Shown here: in pieces, positions 1-10,131 of the stretch
Layout: every line of letters begins with the position of its first letter
Numbering within the stretch: position 1 is the stretch's first letter
From: an uncultured Methanolobus sp.
GTDB taxonomy: Archaea > Halobacteriota > Methanosarcinia > Methanosarcinales > Methanosarcinaceae
Direction of reading: 5' to 3'
DNA length: 64,000 nt
Assembly (NCBI GenBank): GCA_963675495.1
Contig: OY776215.1
Location: forward strand, 832,001-896,000
Position numbers and translations under genes: made by a program
Notes under the pieces: generated by a model
The model's database searches: none
What the model saw: only the letters and a program-made list of their open reading frames with translations
What the model was told of the DNA's origin: nothing

Positions 1-348
1 AAAGTAAGAAAAGGATGGATACGTGAGAAAAACATAGACCCTACTACCATACGTATGGCACATTATAACGATAAAAAGTGGGAAGAGTTACCTACCAGCA
101 AAGTAAGAGAAGAAGATGATTTCCTTTACTTCACAGCTGAAACACCCGGGTTCTCATTATTTAGTATCGTGGGTGATGAGGCAATAGAAGTTATCGATTA
201 TGTAGAAACTGTCGCAACAAAACCTGTTGATAAGGATATAAATGAACCTGAAACAACACAAGATAAGAACACTTCTGGATTCAGTGCACTGTCAGGATCG
301 ATCTTAGTATCTGTTGCTTTCCTTGTGAGCAGACGGCACCATAAATGA
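1..348 (+). CDS. PGF-pre-PGF domain cell-surface protein, C-terminal part (5'-truncated by window)
   Basis: Frame open from base 1; WEELPT...YFTAETPGFSLFSI motif followed by a C-terminal SGF-hydrophobic-basic sorting tail. Confidence 0.8.
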   Translation, partial: KVRKGWIREKNIDPTTIRMAHYNDKKWEELPTSKVREEDDFLYFTAETPGFSLFSIVGDEAIEVIDYVETVATKPVDKDINEPETTQDKNTSGFSALSGSILVSVAFLVSRRHHK

Positions 349-491
349 AGAAAGGGCATATCTGTCCTTTCAGTTATCTTTTTTTGATGAATATTGTTAG
401 GCTGTACTACGATATGTAACAGTTCCTGCTATAGTGCAACTCCCTACAATACCCAAAAAATTAATCATGGAAAGGAACTTTACCTGTATCC

Positions 492-1205
492 ATGAAAGAA
501 TTATACCTTACTGAATGTTACCTGAAAGAATTCGATGCAACGGTTGAGACTGTCAAGGATGACAAATTCGTAGTACTTGACAAAACAGCATTCTATCCAA
601 ATTCTGGTGGGCAGCCAAATGACACCGGAATTCTTGTAAGAGAGGACGGAACTGAATTCCCTGTAAGCTATGTTGCAAAATTCGATGGCAATATCAGCCA
701 TGAAGTCACATTACCGGGACTGAAGGCAGGAGACAGGGTAAAAGGAGTAATTGACTGGGAAAGAAGATACCGGTTCATGCAATACCACACTGCATGCCAT
801 ATACTGAGTGCCATAATACACAATGAGACAGGAGCAAAGATATCAGGCAACCAGTTAGGCGAAGAAAAGACACGAGTGGATTTCAACCTGGAGGACTTTG
901 ACAGGGAGCAGATAAAGTCCTACGAAGGCAAGGTCAATGAGATAATAGACCGCAATATACCTGTGAGTATTACCATTATGCCAAGGGATGAAGCGTTCAA
1001 GATCCCTTCTGTAGTTAAACTGAAAGATGCATTCCCTCCTGAAATAGAAGATATTAGAGTAATTAGCATCCCTGATGTGGATACACAGGCATGTGGTGGA
1101 ACCCACATGGCAAATACAGGCGATATACCCCACATCGAGATAATCAAAGCTGAGAATAAGGGGAAAAACAACAGAAGGGTATATTTCCGATTTATGGACA
1201 ACTGA
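492..1205 (+). CDS. alaXM: Alanyl-tRNA editing protein AlaX-M
   Basis: FYPNSGGQPND, HTACH and CGGTH zinc motifs; 237 aa. Confidence 0.92.
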   Translation: MKELYLTECYLKEFDATVETVKDDKFVVLDKTAFYPNSGGQPNDTGILVREDGTEFPVSYVAKFDGNISHEVTLPGLKAGDRVKGVIDWERRYRFMQYHTACHILSAIIHNETGAKISGNQLGEEKTRVDFNLEDFDREQIKSYEGKVNEIIDRNIPVSITIMPRDEAFKIPSVVKLKDAFPPEIEDIRVISIPDVDTQACGGTHMANTGDIPHIEIIKAENKGKNNRRVYFRFMDN

Positions 1206-1219
1206 GGGAATTACTTTAT

Positions 1220-3613
1220 CTAATCGTGAATATCCGGGTTGTACAGAGGAATGGACACGTGGACAACTGTACCAACGCCTTCCTCACTTTCAACCTCAAT
1301 TGTCCCGGAATGCAATTCCACAATATTCTTTGCAAGATAAAGACCCAGTCCATTACCCCCATGGATACGGGTGGCTGAACCATCAACCTGATAGAACCTG
1401 TCAAAAATCAGGTCCATACAGTTTTGTGGGATTCCCATCCCATGGTCACTTATGTCCACATGGATATTAGTAACATCTTCCTTGATCGAAATAGAGACTA
1501 TAGAGCCACGGGAAGAGAATTTTATTGCATTATCCAGAACATAAACAAAAAGATACTGTAGAAATTCGCAGTTACCATATACCAGATTCATATCAAACGA
1601 ATAATCGGTGTTTAGATAGATGTCCTTTTCTTCCACCTTGGTATGGAGGCTGCTTATAGAATTATCAAGAACTTCTTTAAGGTGAATTGGTGATAATACA
1701 TGATACTTTTCAAAGTAAAGAGAGTTCATGTTAAGCAAAGACTCTATTAACTGCTCAAGGCGTTCTGAATTAGAAACAACGATTTTCATACATTTTTTTT
1801 GTTTTTCATCAAGCTCACCAAGAAGTCCGTCATAAATAGCTTCACTATACCCTTTAATGGAGATGAGAGGTGTTTTGAGCTCATGGGTGATATTAGCTAC
1901 GAACTCATCTTTCATCCTGTCAAGAGATTTCAGCTCTTCGTATGCGTTTCTGGTTTCATCAACAAGACGAATATTCTCAACAGCGATACCAACCTGATGA
2001 CCTACGTTACCAAGTATTTCAAGATCAGTGTTTGAGATAATAGTCCCATCATCGGGGAACAATAATATGACACCAACCAGATCTTCACGGGAAATAACAG
2101 GAACAAAAACAAATCTTCCGGAATATTCATTCACGTTTAACTTTTTCAGGCTAGCCTGAATATCATTTGCCTTGTCTGTGACCAATGTGCTCTTCTTTAG
2201 ATCAGGAATGGTACGGAATAGAGGATCATCACAATTAATGCTATTTAATTCCTCATTTAGCTCTTCTTTTATTCCGCTCGATGAGCAAACATTAAAAGAC
2301 TTGTCCTGGGAACAACGAAGGCAAATTAAACCTGAATTGCACCCTACATAAGAAAGCAACTCAACAAGGACATCATCCAGAAAATCCTTCATTTCCAGTG
2401 AACTTGCAGCGATCAATGCCGTAGACTGCAGAATAAGCAGATTACGATTCTTTATTTGAAGGTCTTCTTCTGCAAGTGATATGTCAGTTACATCCTGGGT
2501 AGTTCCCCGAAAAAGAACTTGTTTGCCATTATTGTCCCATGTTACTTCACCAAGAGAATGAAGGATGCAAATTGAGCCGTTTTTCTTTATTACCCTGGTC
2601 CTAACTTCGAATTTATAACCATGAATCGAAAGTGCCTTGTCTAAGCATGAATTGAACAAACTGCGGTCGTTTGGATGTATGAGAGTAGAATAGAGATCCT
2701 TGGTAATTGATATTTCATTGGGTGAAAAGCCCATGATCCGATACATCTCATCAGACCAAAAATGCTTTTTAGTGCGCAGATCAATTTCCCAACTTCCTGT
2801 ATGTGATATTTCCTGTGCCCTTGTAAGTCTTTCTTTGTGTTCAACAATAGATTCCTGAGCTTTTTTTCGTTCTATACTGTCTACAAAAATATCGCCAATT
2901 ATCCTCATGAGTTTTATGTAATTTGGTGGCCATACCCTGTTCTGGCTAAAGGAATCAAAACCTAGAAAACCAATCAACAAACCATTGGATTGAAGAGGAA
3001 TAGACAGTGCAGACATAATTCCTGCTTTTTGCAAAGCTTCTTTTTCTTTGCTTGCCTCTGCCGGTAATTTTGATACATCTGGTATGTTTAGTATATCAGG
3101 ATCCCGTAGCCTCTCCATCCACCATGGGAAATCCCTTCCTGGTAGATTATCTACATGGATATTATCGATATTTTCCGCATGCCATTTGTATACTGTATCA
3201 TTTTCGTTTCGATATTTTGAGAAAAGTATTAAGTAACTGCGATCAGCACCGGCAAATTCAGCTATCTTCTTAAGAGAAAGACGGATTCCAGTGTCGATAT
3301 GCTCTGATTTCTTGCCAATGAAATAGGAAGAGATCTCTGCAACAATATTCTCAAATTTCAATTGTGAAAGTAGCTCGCTCTCAGCAGATTGACATTTTTG
3401 GGACATTTTTGAAACGGTCATACCAAACAAAAGGAAGCCGATGAAAACAAAGGACCGGACATAATTATCATAGAAAAATGCCTTTTGCGACAAAGAATTA
3501 GGCAAGTTGCTTGCATTTAGCAAGAAATGTACTAGGTAGGCATCCAGAATCCAAAATGCAAGACCAAATGAGATCGATACTAATACTATTCTTGCTTCTT
3601 TCTTCATATACAA
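1220..3613 (-). CDS. Membrane sensor histidine kinase (2 TM, GAF, PAS, GAF, HisKA, HATPase)
   Basis: HELKTPL H-box, DNAIKFS N-box, DHGMGI and GNGLGL G-boxes; GSWE...WSDE PAS motif. Confidence 0.9.
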   Translation of the reverse strand: MYMKKEARIVLVSISFGLAFWILDAYLVHFLLNASNLPNSLSQKAFFYDNYVRSFVFIGFLLFGMTVSKMSQKCQSAESELLSQLKFENIVAEISSYFIGKKSEHIDTGIRLSLKKIAEFAGADRSYLILFSKYRNENDTVYKWHAENIDNIHVDNLPGRDFPWWMERLRDPDILNIPDVSKLPAEASKEKEALQKAGIMSALSIPLQSNGLLIGFLGFDSFSQNRVWPPNYIKLMRIIGDIFVDSIERKKAQESIVEHKERLTRAQEISHTGSWEIDLRTKKHFWSDEMYRIMGFSPNEISITKDLYSTLIHPNDRSLFNSCLDKALSIHGYKFEVRTRVIKKNGSICILHSLGEVTWDNNGKQVLFRGTTQDVTDISLAEEDLQIKNRNLLILQSTALIAASSLEMKDFLDDVLVELLSYVGCNSGLICLRCSQDKSFNVCSSSGIKEELNEELNSINCDDPLFRTIPDLKKSTLVTDKANDIQASLKKLNVNEYSGRFVFVPVISREDLVGVILLFPDDGTIISNTDLEILGNVGHQVGIAVENIRLVDETRNAYEELKSLDRMKDEFVANITHELKTPLISIKGYSEAIYDGLLGELDEKQKKCMKIVVSNSERLEQLIESLLNMNSLYFEKYHVLSPIHLKEVLDNSISSLHTKVEEKDIYLNTDYSFDMNLVYGNCEFLQYLFVYVLDNAIKFSSRGSIVSISIKEDVTNIHVDISDHGMGIPQNCMDLIFDRFYQVDGSATRIHGGNGLGLYLAKNIVELHSGTIEVESEEGVGTVVHVSIPLYNPDIHD

Positions 3614-3961
3614 CCCTGCGATGAAAACAATTATTTTAGTATATTTAAATATCTAAATTGATTTTCATTGGCCAGATATCTTATTATTGAGTCTTTTATA
3701 TATATGTTCCTATTTATTACGGGAAAAAGTAAAATAGCTTTGCAATTGAATTCAACAATAATATGCATTTAAAAGGGTAAAGAGACAAGTATATGTAAAA
3801 TGGCGCATTTTCAAAATAGATTAAAATAGCTTGAAAAGAACTAGGGAAGCACAGGACGATACGTAGACAAATATAAAAGAGATAATTGTATTAGTCCTTT
3901 AACCACATTAAATCAAAATGCGTAATTGCTTATATTGCATTTATCTGCGGAGATATACAAA

Positions 3962-5533
3962 ATGAAAGTACTAGTTAGTGATCCATTATCAGAACAGGGA
4001 TTAACGATACTTCAACAACATTTCACAGTTGATGTCCTTACAGGACTTTCCGAAGAAGAGCTCGTTGAAAAGATACCAGAATATGACGCACTTGTTATCA
4101 GAAGTGGAACACAAGTTACAAGAAAGGTCATAGAGGCAGCTGACAGGCTGAAGATAGTAGGCAGGGCAGGAGTTGGAGTTGATAATATAGATGTAGAGGC
4201 AGCTACGGAAAAAGGAATAATAGTTGTCAATGCACCTGAAGGAAACATGCTCTCCGCGGCAGAACACACTATTGCAATGATGATGGCGCTGGCAAGGAAT
4301 GTGGCACAGGCCAATGAGTCGCTTAAGTCCAAAAAATGGGAGCGTAGCAAGTTCATGGGTATAGAGGTCAATGGTAAGATCCTTGGTGTGATCGGGCTGG
4401 GCCGAATTGGTGCTGAGGTTGCAAAAAGAGCACAGGGACTTAACATGGATATCTTAGCATACGATCCTTTTGTCTCAGATGAGAGAGCAGAGGAAATGGG
4501 TGTAAGAATGATGTCCGTGCATGAGATAGTGAAACAGGCTGACTTTATTACTGTTCATACACCACTTATCAAAGAGACCAGAAACATAATTGATGCTGAA
4601 GAGTTCGCTATGATGAAAAGCAACGCAAGGATAATCAATTGTGCACGTGGTGGGATCATCAATGAGGAAGCACTTGCTGATGCATTGAACACTAATAAAA
4701 TAGCAGGTGCTGCAATTGATGTGTTCGTCAATGAACCTCCTTTTGACAGCCCTCTTATTGATTGCAAGACCCTGATAGCTACACCACACCTTGGTGCTTC
4801 GACCAAGGAGGCACAGGTCAATGTCGCAGTTTCCGTGGCCGAAGAAGTAGTATCTGTACTTAACGGTGGACCTGCGAAAAGTGCTATCAATATACCATCG
4901 GTCAAACCAGAGATCATGACCATGCTTGCACCTTATATCCAGCTTGCTGAAACAATGAGCAGTGCATGTGCACAACTCCTTGGCAAGAACTATGAAAAGA
5001 TAGAAATATCGTACAACGGGGACATTGCTGAGAAAGATACACGACCAATAACTGTTGCTGCACTAAAAGGTATGCTCCAGGTCGCACTTGGTTCAGCTGT
5101 CAACTATGTTAACTCAAGCTCCCTTGCAAAATCAAGGAAGGTTGAAGTTGTTGAAAGTAAATCTGAAACTACAGAAGAATTCACTTCAACAATAAAAGTA
5201 GAGATCACAATGGATGAAGAGAAGGTATCGATCATAGGTACAGTAGTTGGTGGCAAAGGAAAGATCATCAACATCAACGGGGAACATGTTGATATGATAC
5301 CATCCGGATATATGATAGTAGCAAAACATATTAACAAACCTAACGTGATCGGACCCTGCTGCATAGTGCTTGGAAAGAACAACATAAATATATCTGGAAT
5401 GCAGGTTGGAAGAGCAGATATTGGCGGAACGACCATAATGGCACTTAATGTTGATTCAGAAGTTCCGGAATCAATACTAAAAGAGATGAGATCGGTCGAA
5501 GGAATAATTGATGCCAAACTCATTCAGCTATAA
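3962..5533 (+). CDS. serA: D-3-phosphoglycerate dehydrogenase
   Basis: GRAGVGVDN, GLGRIG, TPHLGAST, C-terminal ACT domain; ATG at 3962 preferred over the ORF-track start. Confidence 0.95.
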   Translation: MKVLVSDPLSEQGLTILQQHFTVDVLTGLSEEELVEKIPEYDALVIRSGTQVTRKVIEAADRLKIVGRAGVGVDNIDVEAATEKGIIVVNAPEGNMLSAAEHTIAMMMALARNVAQANESLKSKKWERSKFMGIEVNGKILGVIGLGRIGAEVAKRAQGLNMDILAYDPFVSDERAEEMGVRMMSVHEIVKQADFITVHTPLIKETRNIIDAEEFAMMKSNARIINCARGGIINEEALADALNTNKIAGAAIDVFVNEPPFDSPLIDCKTLIATPHLGASTKEAQVNVAVSVAEEVVSVLNGGPAKSAINIPSVKPEIMTMLAPYIQLAETMSSACAQLLGKNYEKIEISYNGDIAEKDTRPITVAALKGMLQVALGSAVNYVNSSSLAKSRKVEVVESKSETTEEFTSTIKVEITMDEEKVSIIGTVVGGKGKIININGEHVDMIPSGYMIVAKHINKPNVIGPCCIVLGKNNINISGMQVGRADIGGTTIMALNVDSEVPESILKEMRSVEGIIDAKLIQL

Positions 5534-5583
5534 TTCAGGCAAACAGAGATTTTGTTAAAATATAAAGGATGGTAGCAGTTTAA

Positions 5584-6066
5584 ATGATGCGAAAACGTAT
5601 ATATCATCGGTTTCCCCACAGGGATGTGGAGTTTGAACAGAAATACCGCTACCATTCGGACCTTCCTTTTTTTGTGAAAGTGATGGCAAACACGGACGGA
5701 AAATTCGGCATGTTTGTTACCGAGTCTGTTACCCAAAGAGGACATCGTATACAGGCAAAGAGGGAAATTGCTGTGGAAGTCGTAAGCAATGGCATCGATT
5801 TTTCCCCACTTAATTATGATACTGTAGATGAAGTACTGGATACCATTGAAAGAGAAGGAATTATGGATTTCAGGGTTCACTTGAGGTATAGTTATCTTGA
5901 CGGGAAGTATAATCGTGTACCATTTCGAGGTGACATATATCTTGTGAGAGCCATTCTCGAATATGAACTACTGGTGCTTCAGATAAATCATATAGACGGT
6001 CCAAAGAGAACAGAATGTGGCCGGGTTGCCGACACTATTATTGATGAGCTTCGAAGGGGTTCATGA
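5584..6066 (+). CDS. Hypothetical protein
   Basis: 160-aa ORF overlapping the next gene (ATGA); no recognised motif. Confidence 0.65.
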   Translation: MMRKRIYHRFPHRDVEFEQKYRYHSDLPFFVKVMANTDGKFGMFVTESVTQRGHRIQAKREIAVEVVSNGIDFSPLNYDTVDEVLDTIEREGIMDFRVHLRYSYLDGKYNRVPFRGDIYLVRAILEYELLVLQINHIDGPKRTECGRVADTIIDELRRGS

Positions 6067-6542
6067 TGGATGAATTGATGCTTGTAGCTGCAACCCCATT
6101 TAAAAGAAATAACAAGAGTTCACTTTCGATCAAGGATTTTGAATTCGTGCTCTCTTTTGACCTTAAGTGGATGGCACCTGATGTTGCATCAAAGGTCAGG
6201 GACAGGGCCATTGGAGCCCACTTGTTGAAATTTAGTGGGGCAGAATTAATTCCAAATTTTGACATAAGTACAATAGAGATACCACATGGTTTCAAGCCTT
6301 CAGAATCAATTTTCAAAGAGAGATCGACCATTGAGGATATAATCGCCCTGATAGTTGCAAATTGTGGAAAAAGTGCAAGGGATACAACTGCACTTATCAA
6401 TAAAAAACAAGAATTATTCGATGATCTTATAGATATAGAGGTTGCTGCCCTGCTAACAGCAAAAGAACTGGGATGTGACATAGAACCAATATACGATAAA
6501 GTGTATAACAATGTTTTTAGTAGTGACCAAAATCCCACATAA
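6063..6542 (+). CDS. DUF2240-family archaeal protein
   Basis: FEFVLSFDLKWMAP...IPHGFKP and C-terminal EVAALL.AKELG motifs. Confidence 0.75.
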   Translation: MMDELMLVAATPFKRNNKSSLSIKDFEFVLSFDLKWMAPDVASKVRDRAIGAHLLKFSGAELIPNFDISTIEIPHGFKPSESIFKERSTIEDIIALIVANCGKSARDTTALINKKQELFDDLIDIEVAALLTAKELGCDIEPIYDKVYNNVFSSDQNPT

Positions 6543-6676
6543 TCTTTATGTACTATTAGTGTTATTCAAGAGCAGTCTGATTCTACAGACAACTCATGTT
6601 CTTACTTAATTGACACCTAACGGATGTTCGAACGCATATAATGCGTGAGTGAGACATACTCTTGCGGAGGAACAAT

Positions 6677-7057
6677 ATGAGCAAGACTACACAAGTCAAA
6701 ATTGAAAGAAAGACAAACCCTCGCACTCCTGTGCTTATTGCAGCACTGAAGGAAGGGTCACGTCAGAATGAAGCTGCTATCTGGAGAGATGTGGCAAAGA
6801 GGTTGGAAAAGCCTGGAAGGAATTACGCACAGGTAAACCTCAGTAAGATCAACAGGTATGCAAAGGATGGAGAGACAGTCCTTATTGCAGGCAAAGTACT
6901 TGGATCAGGACTCCTTGATAAGGCAGTCACTGTTGCAGCATACAATTTCAGTGCAACTGCAATGGAAAAGATCACAGGTCTTGGCGGCAAATGCCTGACA
7001 ATAGAACAGATAATGGAAGAGAACCCGAAGGGATCTGGAATTAAGATCTTACAGTAG
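6677..7057 (+). CDS. rpl18e: 50S ribosomal protein L18e
   Basis: KTNP, VNLSKINRY, GKVLGSG motifs; GGAGG RBS before ATG 6677. Confidence 0.95.
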   Translation: MSKTTQVKIERKTNPRTPVLIAALKEGSRQNEAAIWRDVAKRLEKPGRNYAQVNLSKINRYAKDGETVLIAGKVLGSGLLDKAVTVAAYNFSATAMEKITGLGGKCLTIEQIMEENPKGSGIKILQ

Positions 7058-7066
7058 GTGAAGAAG

Positions 7067-7486
7067 ATGACAATTATCGATGCAGACGGACTCATTATGG
7101 GTAGGCTTGCAAGCACTGTGGCAAAGAAATTGCTTGCTGGTGAGGAAATTGATATCATCAATGCTGAAAAAGCAGTAATTTCCGGTTCAAAGATCACCAC
7201 ATTAAGAGAGTATGACGAGACTCTGAAAAGAGGAAAGCCCGAATTCGGACCATACTTCCCCAAGAGACCAGACCGAATCCTTAAAAGAACTGTAAGAGGA
7301 ATGCTGCCATACAAACGTGCAAGAGGAAAAGATGCAATGGGTCGCCTTAAAGTGTACGTAGGTATTCCAATGGAATTCAAGGACAAGGAAAGTGTAAGAA
7401 TTGCTGAGGCAAGCATGGACCGCCTGAGCTCAAACAAATACCTCAGACTTGGCGATGTCAGTGTAAAACTGGGTGCTAAGTTCTAA
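7067..7486 (+). CDS. rpl13: 50S ribosomal protein L13
   Basis: [24 protein letters not shown]. Confidence 0.95.
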   Translation: MTIIDADGLIMGRLASTVAKKLLAGEEIDIINAEKAVISGSKITTLREYDETLKRGKPEFGPYFPKRPDRILKRTVRGMLPYKRARGKDAMGRLKVYVGIPMEFKDKESVRIAEASMDRLSSNKYLRLGDVSVKLGAKF

Positions 7487-7503
7487 TAAGGAGGAAGATT
7501 ATA

Positions 7504-7908
7504 ATGTCCATTAAAGTAATAACCTCATCAGGTAAGAAGAAGACAGCTATTGCACGTGCAACAGTTAAGAAGGGAAACGGAAAGGTGCGCATAAACAAGA
7601 AGCCACTGGAAATATACGACCCTGATTTTGCAAAGTTCAAGATCACTGAAGCAGTAATGCTTGCAGGCGAAGTTGTTAACGGAATTGATATAGACGTTGT
7701 TGTCAGCGGCGGCGGAATAATAGGCCAGGCAAGTGCTGTAAGAACTGCAATCGCTAGAGGCATTGTAGATTGGACCAATGACACAAGCCTTAGGGACACA
7801 TACATGGCATACGACCGTAACCTCCTGGTAAACGACTCCAGGCAGAAGGAAACCAAGAAGTTTGGTGGACCAGGTGCACGTGCCAGATATCAGAAATCAT
7901 ACAGGTAG
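7504..7908 (+). CDS. rps9: 30S ribosomal protein S9
   Basis: [24 protein letters not shown]. Confidence 0.96.
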   Translation: MSIKVITSSGKKKTAIARATVKKGNGKVRINKKPLEIYDPDFAKFKITEAVMLAGEVVNGIDIDVVVSGGGIIGQASAVRTAIARGIVDWTNDTSLRDTYMAYDRNLLVNDSRQKETKKFGGPGARARYQKSYR

Positions 7909-7918
7909 GCAATAGAAT

Positions 7919-8107
7919 ATGTTACCAGTTCGATGTTTCAGCTGTGGAAAAGTAATCTCAAATTGCTGGGAAGAGTACAAACAGCGCGTAAATGAAGGAG
8001 AAGACCCCGGAGCAGTGCTTAATGACCTTGGTGTCACACGCTATTGTTGCCGAAGGATGATCCTTTCACACGTCGAGCTAGTAGATACGCTTGCCCCATA
8101 CCAGTAA
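7919..8107 (+). CDS. rpoN: RNA polymerase subunit N (Rpo10)
   Basis: PVRCFSCG...RYCCRRM. Confidence 0.96.
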   Translation: MLPVRCFSCGKVISNCWEEYKQRVNEGEDPGAVLNDLGVTRYCCRRMILSHVELVDTLAPYQ

Positions 8108-8200
8108 GGACTGTAGAGTATTCTGGGCCTTAGCGTTTGGGACATAAATATTTACTATGCGAAACACGCTGCGATCTGAGTTTAAATCTCAGCAGGCCCA
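8107..8200 (+). pseudogene. Degenerate intron-containing tRNA-Pro (anticodon TGG at 8138-8140, 24-nt intron 8142-8165)
   Basis: Anticodon stem TAGCG/CGCTG, T-arm CTGAG-TTTAAAT-CTCAG, 3' end CAGGCCCA, intact BHB; two acceptor-stem mismatches, shortened D-arm, T in place of C56; located between rpoN and rpoK. Confidence 0.75.
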
Positions 8201-8395
8201 TGACACTTTATAGGAAACTACTGTTCAGGACAAAGATATGACCACATTCGGAGGGATTCCGAATAAAATATTTATAATAACTATCATTGACCCCATTAAT
8301 GGCTATCCATACAGGAACATTTTTGTAAGCAATAGGAGTAGCTGTCGATAAATGGACTATTGATATTTTCATTATGATTTTGATAAGGTGATCTA

Positions 8396-8578
8396 TTGAC
8401 TACAGAACACTATACCAGGTATGAAAAGGCTAGAATTGTTGGTGCCAGAGCACTGCAGATTTCAATGGGAGCTCCAGTTCTTATAGATGACCCAAGTATG
8501 AACTCATTATTTCTTGCCAAAAGAGAGTTTGAACTAGGGGTTACCCCAATTACTGTTAAAAGAAATATTGATAATTAG
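8396..8578 (+). CDS. rpoK: RNA polymerase subunit K (Rpo6)
   Basis: [21 protein letters not shown]; TTG start after AGGTGA. Confidence 0.95.
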   Translation: MTTEHYTRYEKARIVGARALQISMGAPVLIDDPSMNSLFLAKREFELGVTPITVKRNIDN

Positions 8579-8586
8579 GTGATTTT

Positions 8587-9237
8587 ATGGATTCAACAGA
8601 GGAAACTATAATCAATGAAGCAAGTGAAGTGACAGAGGAAGTAAGCGAAGAAGCAAAAACCACATCCCTTGTCCCTATAGATGAGTATCTTGCAGCAGGC
8701 GTACACATTGGTACACAGCAGAAGACCGAGAACATGATGAAATTCGTCTACCGTGTAAGGACAGACGGTCTTTATGTACTCGACATTCAGGCAACAGATG
8801 AAAGGATCAGACTTGCAGCAGAATTCCTTTCAAAATATGAACCACAAAGAGTTCTTGTTGTCTCTGCAAGGCAGTACGGTCAATTCCCTGCAAAGATGTT
8901 CGCAAAAGCCATCGGTGCTAAGTCAATGGTCGGCAGATTTATCCCAGGGCTTCTCACAAACCCAAAAATTGAACAATTCTGTGAGCCAGATGTAGTAATT
9001 GTTACTGACCCAACCGGAGATGCACAGGTCATCAAAGAGACCGTAAACATTGGTATCCCAGTTGTTGCACTCTGTGACACAAACAACATGACATCTAACG
9101 TAGATCTTGTTATCCCAACCAACAACAAAGGAAGAAAAGCACTTTCCCTTGTATACTGGTTACTTGCAAGAGAGATAGCAAAGGCCAACGATTCAATGTT
9201 CACTTACGAACTTGAAGACTTTGAAGTAGGAGTCTGA
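8587..9237 (+). CDS. rps2: 30S ribosomal protein S2
   Basis: [24 protein letters not shown]. Confidence 0.96.
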   Translation: MDSTEETIINEASEVTEEVSEEAKTTSLVPIDEYLAAGVHIGTQQKTENMMKFVYRVRTDGLYVLDIQATDERIRLAAEFLSKYEPQRVLVVSARQYGQFPAKMFAKAIGAKSMVGRFIPGLLTNPKIEQFCEPDVVIVTDPTGDAQVIKETVNIGIPVVALCDTNNMTSNVDLVIPTNNKGRKALSLVYWLLAREIAKANDSMFTYELEDFEVGV

Positions 9238-9309
9238 ACTGACAACTTTGTGTGAAGCATACTACAAATATATTAAAAACCCTTATTAGAATATGGGGTG
9301 ATAAGTAGT

Positions 9310-10107
9310 ATGAGACAAACAACCGTTGCCGGTCAGTTCTATCCGCATAATCCGAAAAGTCTTAAAAAAGAACTTAGCAGGTGCTTCAAGGTTCTGGCAA
9401 TTTCAGAAAAGCCAATTCTTGGTGCTGTTGTACCTCACGCCGGATACGTGTATTCGGGTGAGGTGGCAGCACATGCATATGCTCAATTACCCAGAGCAGA
9501 CACCTATGTCCTGTTTGGACCAAACCATACAGGATACGGATCTGCTGTGGCAATGTCCCAGGATACATGGACGACCCCTCTTGGAGTTGTTGAAACAGAC
9601 AGGGAAATTGGAAAGCTGCTTGCGGGAACCATCATAGACTTTGATGAGCTTGCACACCATTTTGAACATTCTATTGAAGTGCAGATACCTTTTTTGCAGC
9701 ACAGGTTTGGCAGTGATTTCAAGATACTCCCCGTATGCATGGGTCTTCAAGATGAAGAAACCGCAATAGAAGTGGGGGAAGAACTTGCAAGGGCCGTTAA
9801 GGCTTCAGGAAAGAAAGTGGTGTTCATCGCATCAAGTGATTTTACTCATTACCAGCCTGCTGCAATTGCAAGTGATAATGATCAGTATCTCATCGAGCCA
9901 ATACTTGAAATGGATATTCCTGAATTTTACAGACGTAAAGAAGAAAGGAATATTTCAGCATGCGGATTTGGCCCTATAGCAGCAATGCTTGCAGCTACAA
10001 TGGAATTTGGTGCCAGGAAAGCATCACTGTTAAAATATGCAAACAGTGGAGACGTGACCGGAGACATGTCAGGAGTTGTCGGATACGCGGCAATTACCGT
10101 GGAGTGA
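9310..10107 (+). CDS. MEMO1-family protein (AmmeMemoRadiSam protein B)
   Basis: VAGQFYP, PHAGYVYSG, EHSIEVQ, SSDFTHY, CGFGP. Confidence 0.9.
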   Translation: MRQTTVAGQFYPHNPKSLKKELSRCFKVLAISEKPILGAVVPHAGYVYSGEVAAHAYAQLPRADTYVLFGPNHTGYGSAVAMSQDTWTTPLGVVETDREIGKLLAGTIIDFDELAHHFEHSIEVQIPFLQHRFGSDFKILPVCMGLQDEETAIEVGEELARAVKASGKKVVFIASSDFTHYQPAAIASDNDQYLIEPILEMDIPEFYRRKEERNISACGFGPIAAMLAATMEFGARKASLLKYANSGDVTGDMSGVVGYAAITVE

Positions 10108-10131
10108 ATATCAATATCAAAAGGACATCCT

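Noticed and set aside
6545-6676. tRNA expected upstream of rpl18e in some archaea
   Set aside because: GTTCGAA is present but no T-stem, anticodon arm or acceptor stem could be built
7906-8590. Amber stops of rps9 and rpoK as read-through fusions
   Set aside because: Downstream genes are in different frames, unlike rpl18e-rpl13
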